Part shown: positions 1 through 7,205 of the stretch, one piece after another
How positions within the stretch are numbered: position 1 is the first letter of the stretch
Layout of the letters: every line of letters starts with the position of its first letter
Source: a virus
Taxonomy: Duplodnaviria; Caudoviricetes
IMG/VR virus record: IMGVR_UViG_3300029142_000008
Location: 1 to 42,615 of that record
Length of the DNA stretch: 42,615 nt
Strand: one strand, 5' to 3'
Made by a program: the position numbers and the translations under genes
Notes under the pieces: model-generated
What the model was told of the DNA's origin: nothing
Database searches by the model: none
Seen by the model: the letters and a program-made list of their open reading frames with translations, nothing else

Positions 1-71
1 GTGCCTCGCGCTCTTCTTTGTAGGCTTGCCACATAGCATAGAGAAACATCGGTATCGGCTTAATGTAGTTA

Positions 72-422
72 TCAATCAGCTTCATCTTTTTGGGGTAGCT
101 TGGACCGGAGGACATATAGCACATCGCTAATCGCCTTATTGAAGGCTCCAGCTTTCACCTGGTCTAGTGCATCCTCATATACGCGCAATTTTGTCAGCCC
201 CACTACAGAGGCTATACATTCCTCCCTCACACGCTGCTCTGTTTCACGTTCTACCCATGCAATAAATGCAATAATGTCTAGATTGCATGGAGCATCTTCA
301 TGCACATTGTCTTTCCAACACTTATCGCCGAAGTCTTTTCCAAACTCATCCTCCCACCATTTTGATTGTTTATTGGTCATTTTGAGGGGGTAAATAAGAT
401 TCATATTTTTCAATGCGTTCAC
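72..422 (-). CDS. hypothetical phage protein (true start may be an internal Met)
   Basis: ORF track, on the same strand as neighbours; WWEDEF...DIIAFI...EECI pattern resembles ORF 40874-41176. Confidence 0.6.
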   Translation of the reverse strand: MNALKNMNLIYPLKMTNKQSKWWEDEFGKDFGDKCWKDNVHEDAPCNLDIIAFIAWVERETEQRVREECIASVVGLTKLRVYEDALDQVKAGAFNKAISDVLYVLRSKLPQKDEAD

Positions 423-479
423 GCTCCTCTGCGCTTTCGTAGCCCTTCATGGCTTCATATTTTTCTAAGAATTCTTCAG

Positions 480-905
480 TCATTTCAATTCTTTGTTAAA
501 TACAGAGTGCTTTTTGATGTAGTCTTCTGCTTCTTGGATTTTGTTTTGTTGGAGAAGGTCGATGATCCATTGAGGATGAAACAGATAGCCTTTAATTGTT
601 GCATTCACACTACAATCCATTGCTTGGCAGCCAGAGCGATGAAAAACACCCTTGTATGCTTCGTGGCAAAACATCTTTTCCTCCCCCCAAAACTCCTTCG
701 CATAGGTCACTATGATGTCGTAGAAGGTGTAGGCGGGGGGCAGGCTTTCACTCCACAAAAAAGTGTCATCACCGTACCCGACCACCAGGTCGAATGGTTC
801 ACCACCAGAGGCTGGCGTATATGTAGCCCATACCCTGCTGCATTCTACCCGACACCCTCGTTCCTTCAACCACAGGGCTAGGTCTTTTGATATGTGTGTG
901 TTCAT
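480..905 (-). CDS. hypothetical phage protein
   Basis: 141-aa ORF with ATGA overlap to the denV stop. Confidence 0.7.
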   Translation of the reverse strand: MNTHISKDLALWLKERGCRVECSRVWATYTPASGGEPFDLVVGYGDDTFLWSESLPPAYTFYDIIVTYAKEFWGEEKMFCHEAYKGVFHRSGCQAMDCSVNATIKGYLFHPQWIIDLLQQNKIQEAEDYIKKHSVFNKELK

Positions 906-1282
906 AGTGTTTTAGAGTAAAAACCTGGGTCTTTTGCCATCAGGCGGTCTTTAATAAGCTGCACGTCGTCTGTATGCACATCAAGCCAGTCATTCATTAG
1001 CTCATGTGGCACCCCGTCCCAAGCCCCTCGATAGTCCTCGACCTTGTATCCACGCATGCAGCACTCATCATAAAGGCGAATATACCTCCACTTGAGATAC
1101 TGCAGCTTGTTGTAAAAAAACTTCACATGCCCTTTCCCAAGGCTAAACTTCTCAGGGATTCCATCGAGATTAGCACGCCCACTGGCTATCATGTTGGGGA
1201 TGCGCTTGATTTCACGGTGCTCAGCAAGCAAGTGCTGGCGTGAAAGCTTATGCGGCGGGATGCCGACGTTTATTCGCGTCAT
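902..1282 (-). CDS. denV: pyrimidine-dimer DNA glycosylase / T4 endonuclease V family
   Basis: N-terminal MTRIN (catalytic Thr2), L-x-x-QHLLAEHREIKRI (catalytic Glu) and FSLGKGHVKFFYNKL match T4 DenV motifs. Confidence 0.93.
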   Translation of the reverse strand: MTRINVGIPPHKLSRQHLLAEHREIKRIPNMIASGRANLDGIPEKFSLGKGHVKFFYNKLQYLKWRYIRLYDECCMRGYKVEDYRGAWDGVPHELMNDWLDVHTDDVQLIKDRLMAKDPGFYSKTL

Positions 1283-1422
1283 TGTGTTTTTTGTAAAAGT
1301 TCAATAATCAGGTCCAGCTTCTCAGCAATGCTGCCAATCAGGGCAGCAAAAAAGATCACAATCAAAAGCCACAAACACCCTGGGGATGTATCGGGAGTAT
1401 TTTCTACCTCAACTTTTTGCAT
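1279..1422 (-). CDS. small single-pass membrane protein (47 aa; not in ORF track)
   Basis: Manual translation MQKVEVENTPDTSPGCLWLLIVIFFAALIGSIAEKLDLIIELLQKTQ; its TGA overlaps the denV ATG. Confidence 0.6.
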   Translation of the reverse strand: MQKVEVENTPDTSPGCLWLLIVIFFAALIGSIAEKLDLIIELLQKTQ

Positions 1423-1482
1423 AGGTGGTTCATTGATTCTTGCACCTATCTTACATCATTGTGCGCGAGCGCCGCAAGGCCT

Positions 1483-1659
1483 TTATGAGAAGAAAACGAA
1501 TTTCACAAGACCGCCCATGAGAAGGGCGTCAAAGATGAAAGCTGCAGCCATCACAAAGCCAACAGAAAGCCAGCCGTAACGGTCTCCCATGGCGCGTATG
1601 AGCTCACCTGGTCGATGTTTTGAGATCATCATGAGCTGAGAAAGGATGAGTAGAAACAT
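1483..1659 (-). CDS. small hydrophobic protein (58 aa; not in ORF track)
   Basis: Manual translation MFLLILSQLMMISKHRPGELIRAMGDRYGWLSVGFVMAAAFIFDALLMGGLVKFVFFS; AT-rich leader. Confidence 0.55.
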   Translation of the reverse strand: MFLLILSQLMMISKHRPGELIRAMGDRYGWLSVGFVMAAAFIFDALLMGGLVKFVFFS

Positions 1660-1682
1660 AATTTGAATGTTTAATTGATATG

Positions 1683-2012
1683 GAGGCCACGCATGATTTG
1701 CCGGGAGGGCCGTGGGATCACCACCAGGCTAGCAGCACCCTCCCGGGACAGGATGAGTACAAACTGTACACACCCATTTTAGAATCGCATTACAGGAGTT
1801 TCACCTGTGGACACGCTCTGTTGCACCTTGCAGCCATTTGACCCATGGCTGGGATTCTCATTGTTGTGGGGCCTTTCACCTAGTGGATCAGGTCTTTCGA
1901 CTCACGCTTCACCCTCAGCCCCCAGGGCATTGAACTAGGTCAAGAAATGTTTCCGACAACGAGATTTCATATTGCTTGGGGTTCAGGTTCGGTCGGCTCC
2001 CATGCGTGCCTC
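1683..2012 (-). ncRNA. candidate ~330-nt multi-domain structured RNA of unknown family
   Basis: No ORF in the track; 12-bp closing stem GAGGCACGCATG / CATGCGTG(G)CCTC; nested helices ACCTAGT/ACTAGGT, CAGCCAT/ATGGCTG, ACAGG/CCTGT, CCGGGAGG/CCTCCCGG, AGAATC/GATTCT; GTC-GAAA-GAC tetraloop and a G-U pair favour the minus strand. Confidence 0.7.
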
Positions 2013-2029
2013 ACCGTCAAGCATGAATT

Positions 2030-2076
2030 GCTCCATGCAGTAGCCTTGTTTTAAGGCCTTTAGCGATTCATGGAGC
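2030..2076 (-). ncRNA. candidate hairpin RNA element
   Basis: 8-bp stem GCTCCATG/CATGGAGC enclosing GCCTT/AAGGC. Confidence 0.4.
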
Positions 2077-2082
2077 TAAGCT

Positions 2083-2175
2083 CCTGAGGAGGGGTGAAGA
2101 GAGAACTGCCATCTATAGATCGTCTCACTTTTACATTGCCTGGCAAATCGGCAACAACCTCATCTCCCCCTCAGG
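2083..2175 (-). ncRNA. candidate three-way-junction RNA with possible pseudoknot
   Basis: Closing stem CCTGAGG/CCTCAGG extended by GGAGATGA/TCACCCCT; inner stems TTGCC/GGCAA and GAGA/TCTC; loop TGCCA is complementary to downstream TGGCA. Confidence 0.5.
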
Positions 2176-2192
2176 GACCTAACTCGTATTTT

Positions 2193-2465
2193 TCAAAGAA
2201 CTACCTCCCAATCCTCTGAAAGAAGATCGGTCTGCGAGGCCAGCCACGGGACGACGTTACCCTGACTCGTTTTGATGGCGATGTAAGCCCCGTAAGGCAC
2301 CATGTCACCAAAAGCCTCCCTAGCCGCCTCTGTTTGAGCAGGGTATGAGTTGGACGGGACGTAATAAAGGAACATTCCCTTGCCATTCCACCCCTTTCGG
2401 GCGACCTTTTGCCCATGTTTTAAGGCGTGGAGCGCCGATTCAAACTTTCCATCAAACGGTGGCAT
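2193..2465 (-). CDS. DUF2829 family protein (Tad2/AcrIIA7-like anti-defence candidate)
   Basis: F-x-x-AL-x-ALK-x-G-x-KVARKGWNGKGMFL ... PWLASQTDLLSEDW signature. Confidence 0.85.
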   Translation of the reverse strand: MPPFDGKFESALHALKHGQKVARKGWNGKGMFLYYVPSNSYPAQTEAAREAFGDMVPYGAYIAIKTSQGNVVPWLASQTDLLSEDWEVVL

Positions 2466-2491
2466 ACTTTTTGGGGTTAGAGCTTATGAAT

Positions 2492-2587
2492 GCGTACGCG
2501 CTTTATTGGCTCTCTTTAGCCATTTAAGCAAGATGCGTACGCGTTTTCAAATTTTCAATATACTGGGCGCGTACGCGGTGCGTACGC
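2492..2587. repeat. four copies of the 8-bp palindrome GCGTACGC
   Basis: Copies at 2492-2499, 2535-2542, 2569-2576 and 2580-2587 in the intergenic gap. Confidence 0.9.
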
Positions 2588-2588
2588 A

Positions 2589-3206
2589 TCAATCAACTTC
2601 TTCATCATCAGAATTGATGATTTCCTCGAGAGTCGGTCCAACATCTGCCACAACACCCTTCTTATCAGAGTAGCCATGGTTAGATGTTAGACCAAGCTTG
2701 GCGATGGTCGGATTATACACGCCAGCAAGGCCCTGATTAAATAATCTTTCGTGCTGTTCATCAGATATAAGCTCCAAAGCGTCCGAAAACTCAGGATGCT
2801 TCTTGGCCCAATCATAAATCGTGCTCTTTGGGATTTTTGAATAAAGAGAGAAGCCACGAACAGAAGGGATCTTCACATGTAGCTGCTGCTTAACATTGAG
2901 TTTTTCCATTGGGCCGTCCTGCTCTCCCTCTTTGTACGATTGAATCTGTGGGTACCACTTATCTTCACAGGACTCCAAATATTTGTAGACGCGCAAAACA
3001 AGCTCTGGGCTGTATTCAGTTGGCCTACCCCCTGCCTTCGGGGAAAGATCTTCTTCTGGAGCCTCCTTGCACCTTCTCTTGTGTGAAGCTAAGCCCTGGG
3101 GGCCCTTGAAGCCCTTTCTCCCACAAAAGCCGCATACGAGAGCGTATCCTTCCTTGGTTCTAGCTTTTTGGGCCGCCGTTTTCTTCTTGGGTGCTTTCTT
3201 TGCCAT
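2589..3206 (-). CDS. terS: terminase small subunit (P22 gp3-like DNA-packaging protein) with N-terminal zinc finger
   Basis: GGRPTEY, HTH-like IPKSTIYDWAKKHPEFSDAL, GLAGVYNPTIAKLGL..NHGY; N-terminal CGFC...HKRRC. Confidence 0.8.
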   Translation of the reverse strand: MAKKAPKKKTAAQKARTKEGYALVCGFCGRKGFKGPQGLASHKRRCKEAPEEDLSPKAGGRPTEYSPELVLRVYKYLESCEDKWYPQIQSYKEGEQDGPMEKLNVKQQLHVKIPSVRGFSLYSKIPKSTIYDWAKKHPEFSDALELISDEQHERLFNQGLAGVYNPTIAKLGLTSNHGYSDKKGVVADVGPTLEEIINSDDEEVD

Positions 3207-3441
3207 GAACTAACTTTGGTTTACTGGCTTGATTCATTCTCTCTACCAACTCTTTGTACTCAGAGACCTTGACGACCTGGAACTTTGGCTTCTGCACCTT
3301 CATCAGGTACTCCTTGCCGCAGATCGGGAGCCAAAACTTGTACAAGTAGTCGGCTGCAGCTTGAGCAGTGGGGAAAACTTTGTCTCCCCACATGCCCTGC
3401 TTATTGATTATAACAAACCCCTCAGGAGCCAGTTCTTTCAT
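3160..3441 (-). CDS. hypothetical protein
   Basis: 93-aa ORF that abuts the cold-shock gene stop. Confidence 0.55.
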   Translation of the reverse strand: MKELAPEGFVIINKQGMWGDKVFPTAQAAADYLYKFWLPICGKEYLMKVQKPKFQVVKVSEYKELVERMNQASKPKLVHGKESTQEENGGPKS

Positions 3442-3660
3442 CTAAGACTCTGGGTTTGCTGAGCGAGTCACGACCACGTCGCAGCCTTCAGCTCCGCGGC
3501 GGCCCTCCATTACATCATAAGACACTTCGTCTCCCTTCTGCGGCTCGCGTCCTGACGTGTTGCGAACATGGAAGAAAAGGTCTTCAGATTCGTTTGGATC
3601 ATCTGGGATGATGAACCCGAATCCTCTTTCCGAGTTGTAGTATTTAATTTTTCCGAGCAT
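3442..3660 (-). CDS. cold-shock domain (CspA-family) nucleic-acid-binding protein
   Basis: GKIKYYNSERGFGFI (RNP1), DLFFH (RNP2), GDEVSY...GRRG. Confidence 0.92.
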   Translation of the reverse strand: MLGKIKYYNSERGFGFIIPDDPNESEDLFFHVRNTSGREPQKGDEVSYDVMEGRRGAEGCDVVVTRSANPES

Positions 3661-3787
3661 ATGATTTTCGGTTACGGGATAGTTTTCTGCAGCTCCGGCT
3701 ACAGTACTTCTGGATCTGACCAGGATTGTTGCGAGTGAGAGGCTTTCTGCACTCAGGACACGTCGGTGGCAGACCCAGAAGCTTCAT
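3644..3787 (-). CDS. small basic zinc-finger protein (47 aa; not in ORF track)
   Basis: Manual translation MKLLGLPPTCPECRKPLTRNNPGQIQKYCSRSCRKLSRNRKSYARKN (CxxC...YCSxxC). Confidence 0.65.
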   Translation of the reverse strand: MKLLGLPPTCPECRKPLTRNNPGQIQKYCSRSCRKLSRNRKSYARKN

Positions 3788-3789
3788 GA

Positions 3790-5439
3790 TTATTTTTTGG
3801 TTTCTTCCTCTTCAGGCTCGTTCGTGATTGAACACTCTGTAGTGATCAATGTCCCGGCCGCACTCACCGCATTCTGCAGTGTGAGCTTGAGAACCTTGAA
3901 TGGATCAATTACACCCGCCTTTACGAGGTTTGTGTGTTCGAGCGTGTTTACATCCACACCCTTTCCTGTCTTGAGGATTTCGACCAATACATCATCCACA
4001 TCTTCAACCCCCGCATTGCGCAAAATGAGCCGACAAGGTTTTTCACAGGCGTTTTTGAGGATTTTATAAGCAATTTTCGCATCTTCACCTTCAGGCTCAA
4101 CAATGCTATTCACAGCCTTAAGGAGGGCAACTCCTCCGCCCTCAACATATCCACTTTCAAGCGTAGCTTTAGCTGCAAACACAGCGTCATCAAGACGGTA
4201 TTTGAGCTCACGCTTTTCAACATCCGTGGCTGCCGAATAGCGAATGGTGGCCAAGCCACCCTCCAAGGCTGCAATCCGCTCATCATACTGCTTGATCTCC
4301 ACCTCGCTCTTGCTTTCTTCTCGAACGTTTTTGATGTACTCAACACGGTCAGCAACAACCTCTTCACTCAAAGGAACAAGAACTGTGTGCTCACGATCTG
4401 AGTAAGCAGATTTTACAGTTCCAAGATCGTCCAACTTGAAGTTTCGAACGTAATTCCCCTTCTCTTTGTCTGCAATTGTAGCCCCTGTTGCCGCGGCAAT
4501 ATCTTCCAAAATTGCCTCACGTCTACTCCCAAACGAAGGTGGCTTCACCCACACCCAGTCAAGAGGTCCACCGCGACCAACACTATTGTTGAACATGAAC
4601 TGAAGCACAGACGCATGCATGTGCTCAGCAATAATTACTAGCCGAGGCACATTCACCTTTTCGATATCCATCATCTCCTTCCCTGTTTGAGGATGCCGAA
4701 CCATCTTTCCCTCCACAAAGTACTGAGCCAGAGCTCCAAAATCTGTGAGTGAATTGATTTTCCCGTTCACAATAAGAACGCGCGCCTCTTCATTGTCGAA
4801 ATCATTCTCATGTCGGTTGTTCTTAAGGGTTCCATGCGTGATTCCATGATCCCACTTGATACCCTTCTGCTGAATAGCCTCTACTCCACTTCCAACGCCT
4901 TCTTCAAAAGAAATGGCGCTATTCTCACCAAGTTCGTACACAAGCTCACCTACCAACTTCCCAAGCTTTGGGTCTCGGCAAGAAATTGTTGCGATGTGAA
5001 CAAGGTCTTCAGCGCTCTTTACCAAATGCCGGTGTCGCGCAGCCTCATCAATAACTTGCTGAACAAGCTCTGTGAGCGCGTATTTTACCGCAACCGGGTT
5101 CATACCCTCCTCACCATCGAAAGCGGCCTCTACGAGCGCGTGCGCAAGCACTACGGCCGTTGTTGTACCATCCCCAGCTAAATCATTTGTGCGAAATGAG
5201 GCCTGTTTAACAATTTGACACCCCATGTCTTCAAATGGATCTTTGAGGCGCATTTCACGAGCAATGGTCACACCATCATTCGTAATTTGAGGTTTTTGCC
5301 AGATTGGTGATTCAAAAATCACATAGCGGCCGCGCGCCCCGAGCGTAACTGAAACTGCATCGGCAAGCTTGGTCACACCGGCGAGAAGCTTTTTACGAGC
5401 ATTTTTTCCATATTCCAGTCTTTTAGGAGAAACTTTCAT
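3790..5439 (-). CDS. groEL: chaperonin GroEL (Cpn60); start placed at MKVSPK (track ORF extends to 5475)
   Basis: LADAVSVTLGARGR, ITNDGVTIA, AGDGTTTAVVLA, GYVEGGGVALL, GVIDPFKV, NAVSAAGTLITTE. Confidence 0.96.
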   Translation of the reverse strand: MKVSPKRLEYGKNARKKLLAGVTKLADAVSVTLGARGRYVIFESPIWQKPQITNDGVTIAREMRLKDPFEDMGCQIVKQASFRTNDLAGDGTTTAVVLAHALVEAAFDGEEGMNPVAVKYALTELVQQVIDEAARHRHLVKSAEDLVHIATISCRDPKLGKLVGELVYELGENSAISFEEGVGSGVEAIQQKGIKWDHGITHGTLKNNRHENDFDNEEARVLIVNGKINSLTDFGALAQYFVEGKMVRHPQTGKEMMDIEKVNVPRLVIIAEHMHASVLQFMFNNSVGRGGPLDWVWVKPPSFGSRREAILEDIAAATGATIADKEKGNYVRNFKLDDLGTVKSAYSDREHTVLVPLSEEVVADRVEYIKNVREESKSEVEIKQYDERIAALEGGLATIRYSAATDVEKRELKYRLDDAVFAAKATLESGYVEGGGVALLKAVNSIVEPEGEDAKIAYKILKNACEKPCRLILRNAGVEDVDDVLVEILKTGKGVDVNTLEHTNLVKAGVIDPFKVLKLTLQNAVSAAGTLITTECSITNEPEEEETKK

Positions 5440-5468
5440 AAGAACAAGTTGAATTAGAAATACAAAAA

Positions 5469-5492
5469 CATTCATTCACTCATTCATTCATT
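5469..5492 (-). repeat. six tandem ARTG (AATG/AGTG) 4-mers between groES and groEL
   Basis: Plus strand catt catt cact catt catt catt. Confidence 0.85.
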
Positions 5493-5493
5493 C

Positions 5494-5814
5494 TCAAGCC
5501 CCGCTCACAGCGAGCACATCCTTTAGGTCAACATAGATGTATTCGTAGTCTGGTGTTTCAATCTTCACCGGACTGTAACGAACAAAGTGGATTTGGCGTC
5601 CAGGACGGATACCACGCACCCATTTGTTCCAAAATCCAATCTGCCCAACCTGCCTGATCACACCAATGTCCGGATGACACTCTCTCTTAAGCTCATCTGG
5701 CATCTTAAGGCCGCCAACATTTGGAGCTTTCCGAGAAACAACAATTCTTTTGCCCAACGGCGAAAAAACCGGCCCCTCAGTGAAACCAGTTCCTGACTTC
5801 AAATCATTCTGCAT
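5494..5814 (-). CDS. groES: co-chaperonin GroES (Cpn10), divergent
   Basis: FSPLGKRIVV, GGLKMPD mobile loop, GVIRQVG, YIYVDLKDVLAV; directly upstream of groEL. Confidence 0.88.
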   Translation of the reverse strand: MQNDLKSGTGFTEGPVFSPLGKRIVVSRKAPNVGGLKMPDELKRECHPDIGVIRQVGQIGFWNKWVRGIRPGRQIHFVRYSPVKIETPDYEYIYVDLKDVLAVSGA

Positions 5815-5856
5815 ATAGCATTTGGTTATGAACTAATTAATTTATGGCGCACGGAA

Positions 5857-5885
5857 AGGATATGTAAATGCCAAGCACGTTGCAA
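5857..5885 (-). promoter_or_regulatory. sigma70-type promoter candidate for groES-groEL
   Basis: TTGCAA-17 nt-TATCCT. Confidence 0.5.
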
Positions 5886-5973
5886 GAGCTTTTACAGATG
5901 TGATAAATATATTGTAGGTGTAAATCTAAGCACACTCACCCTTCGCATGCGCGCTTTTCACAGAATACTCAAC

Positions 5974-6129
5974 TCACTTCCACTCACAAAAACGAGTGTC
6001 ACAATATTGGAGGAAGCTTTCATACTCGCGTTTCACGTCGGTGAATTCGCTCTTCAAATTCTGGAATCTTACCATTTGAACTAACAACAACACGAACAAC
6101 GTAGCAACTATGCAGGAGCTGTTTTTCAT
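5974..6129 (-). CDS. small protein with N-terminal hydrophobic helix (51 aa; not in ORF track)
   Basis: Manual translation MKNSSCIVATLFVLLLVQMVRFQNLKSEFTDVKREYESFLQYCDTRFCEWK. Confidence 0.5.
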   Translation of the reverse strand: MKNSSCIVATLFVLLLVQMVRFQNLKSEFTDVKREYESFLQYCDTRFCEWK

Positions 6130-6138
6130 AGTGAGTGA

Positions 6139-6438
6139 TTATGATTTAATTAGAATTTCCGGGAATAATTCATGCAGGCGACGCTCCTCAACTATAGCAT
6201 TCCTATTCTCTTTTTTGAGGTGAAACCACTCATGACACCCCTGCGCCCCATCCACGCCTGTGCACACATGGATAAGATTCCTTTTGTTGTGAAGCTCTGG
6301 ATGCCTCCTTGCCTCACTTTTGTAAACAATATGATGGAAGTCGTATTTCATCGCATTTGACCGCCCACAATTTTGGCAAAAAACATACCCCTCCAAAAAA
6401 AGCATGTCTTCCACAATCTCGTTTGCACTCGTCTTCAT
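6139..6438 (-). CDS. HNH endonuclease (start placed at MKTSAN)
   Basis: CQNC...HHIVYKS...NLIHVC...CHEWFH zinc-binding HNH pattern. Confidence 0.85.
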   Translation of the reverse strand: MKTSANEIVEDMLFLEGYVFCQNCGRSNAMKYDFHHIVYKSEARRHPELHNKRNLIHVCTGVDGAQGCHEWFHLKKENRNAIVEERRLHELFPEILIKS

Positions 6439-6439
6439 C

Positions 6440-6559
6440 TTATTCTTCATCAGCATCAAAATTATATTTATCCCTTTCACCCGTTGGCTTGCGTATCCTC
6501 CCAATCACAACAAAGAGGACAACCGCTGCCACCATAATCGCTTCCAACTTCTCTTCCAT
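6440..6559 (-). CDS. small membrane protein (39 aa; not in ORF track)
   Basis: Manual translation MEEKLEAIMVAAVVLFVVIGRIRKPTGERDKYNFDADEE; stop lies 1 nt before the HNH start. Confidence 0.45.
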   Translation of the reverse strand: MEEKLEAIMVAAVVLFVVIGRIRKPTGERDKYNFDADEE

Positions 6560-6664
6560 TAAAACTGGTTTTAAGAAGGGACTCTATTGTATCACCTGTG
6601 GCGGAATCTTCCTCACGCCAGTAGGCCATAATTAATTTTGCTGCACTGGCAGTTTCATCAGAAA

Positions 6665-6985
6665 TCATTTCAATTTGAATTTAGAAGATAGTTTTTTAAG
6701 AAAACGAAAGTCTTGCTCGTAAGCGACCTTGTGGCCACACGGCTTATGAAGCCAAACGTCTGGCTGGGTGTGTACAACCTGAACATCTTGAAGGCAGTCT
6801 TCATATTCATCCCCACACCACGGGCAAGATTCAAAATATTTGCCAGTGTGCACGTCTCCACAATCACACTCACACTCCTCTTCCCTAATGTTGACCGCCT
6901 GGGCATCGCTCAGTGCAGAATCCCAACGCAGGAGCTTTATGGCCTCTGGATCACCAAACTCAAGTCGTTTTTTTGTTGTGCTCAT
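6665..6985 (-). CDS. Cys-rich hypothetical protein
   Basis: CECDCG, CPWCG and HKPCGH clusters. Confidence 0.65.
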   Translation of the reverse strand: MSTTKKRLEFGDPEAIKLLRWDSALSDAQAVNIREEECECDCGDVHTGKYFESCPWCGDEYEDCLQDVQVVHTQPDVWLHKPCGHKVAYEQDFRFLKKLSSKFKLK

Positions 6986-7205
6986 CTTTTAGGGTTTTAA
7001 TGAATTCTTCATATACGGTTGCCTCCGCCTTGTCTCCATCAAGATTTGGGACAATTTTCAGGTGCAAAAAGGTTTTGCATTCCAAGCAAGAACCATGCCC
7101 TGAATTATGGCCACACTCCATTGCCATAGATTTTGCGCACCACTGCTCGTAGCCGCACTTTGGGCAGGTGAACGTGTACTTCTTTCTTTCGTCTTTTTTA
7201 TTCAT
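6960..7205 (-). CDS. zinc-ribbon protein
   Basis: CPKCG...CLECK; ATGA overlap with upstream gene. Confidence 0.7.
   Translation of the reverse strand: MNKKDERKKYTFTCPKCGYEQWCAKSMAMECGHNSGHGSCLECKTFLHLKIVPNLDGDKAEATVYEEFIKTLKDEHNKKTT

Noticed and set aside
1683-2012. RNase P RNA or group II intron
   Set aside because: Size and two S-domain-like strings fit RNase P, but GAGGAAAGUCC and the 3' P4 strand are absent; no group II domain V consensus
6477-6668. 63-aa track ORF as a single gene
   Set aside because: Its 3' half overlaps a better-looking 39-aa membrane ORF (6440-6559) and it has no motif; left uncalled
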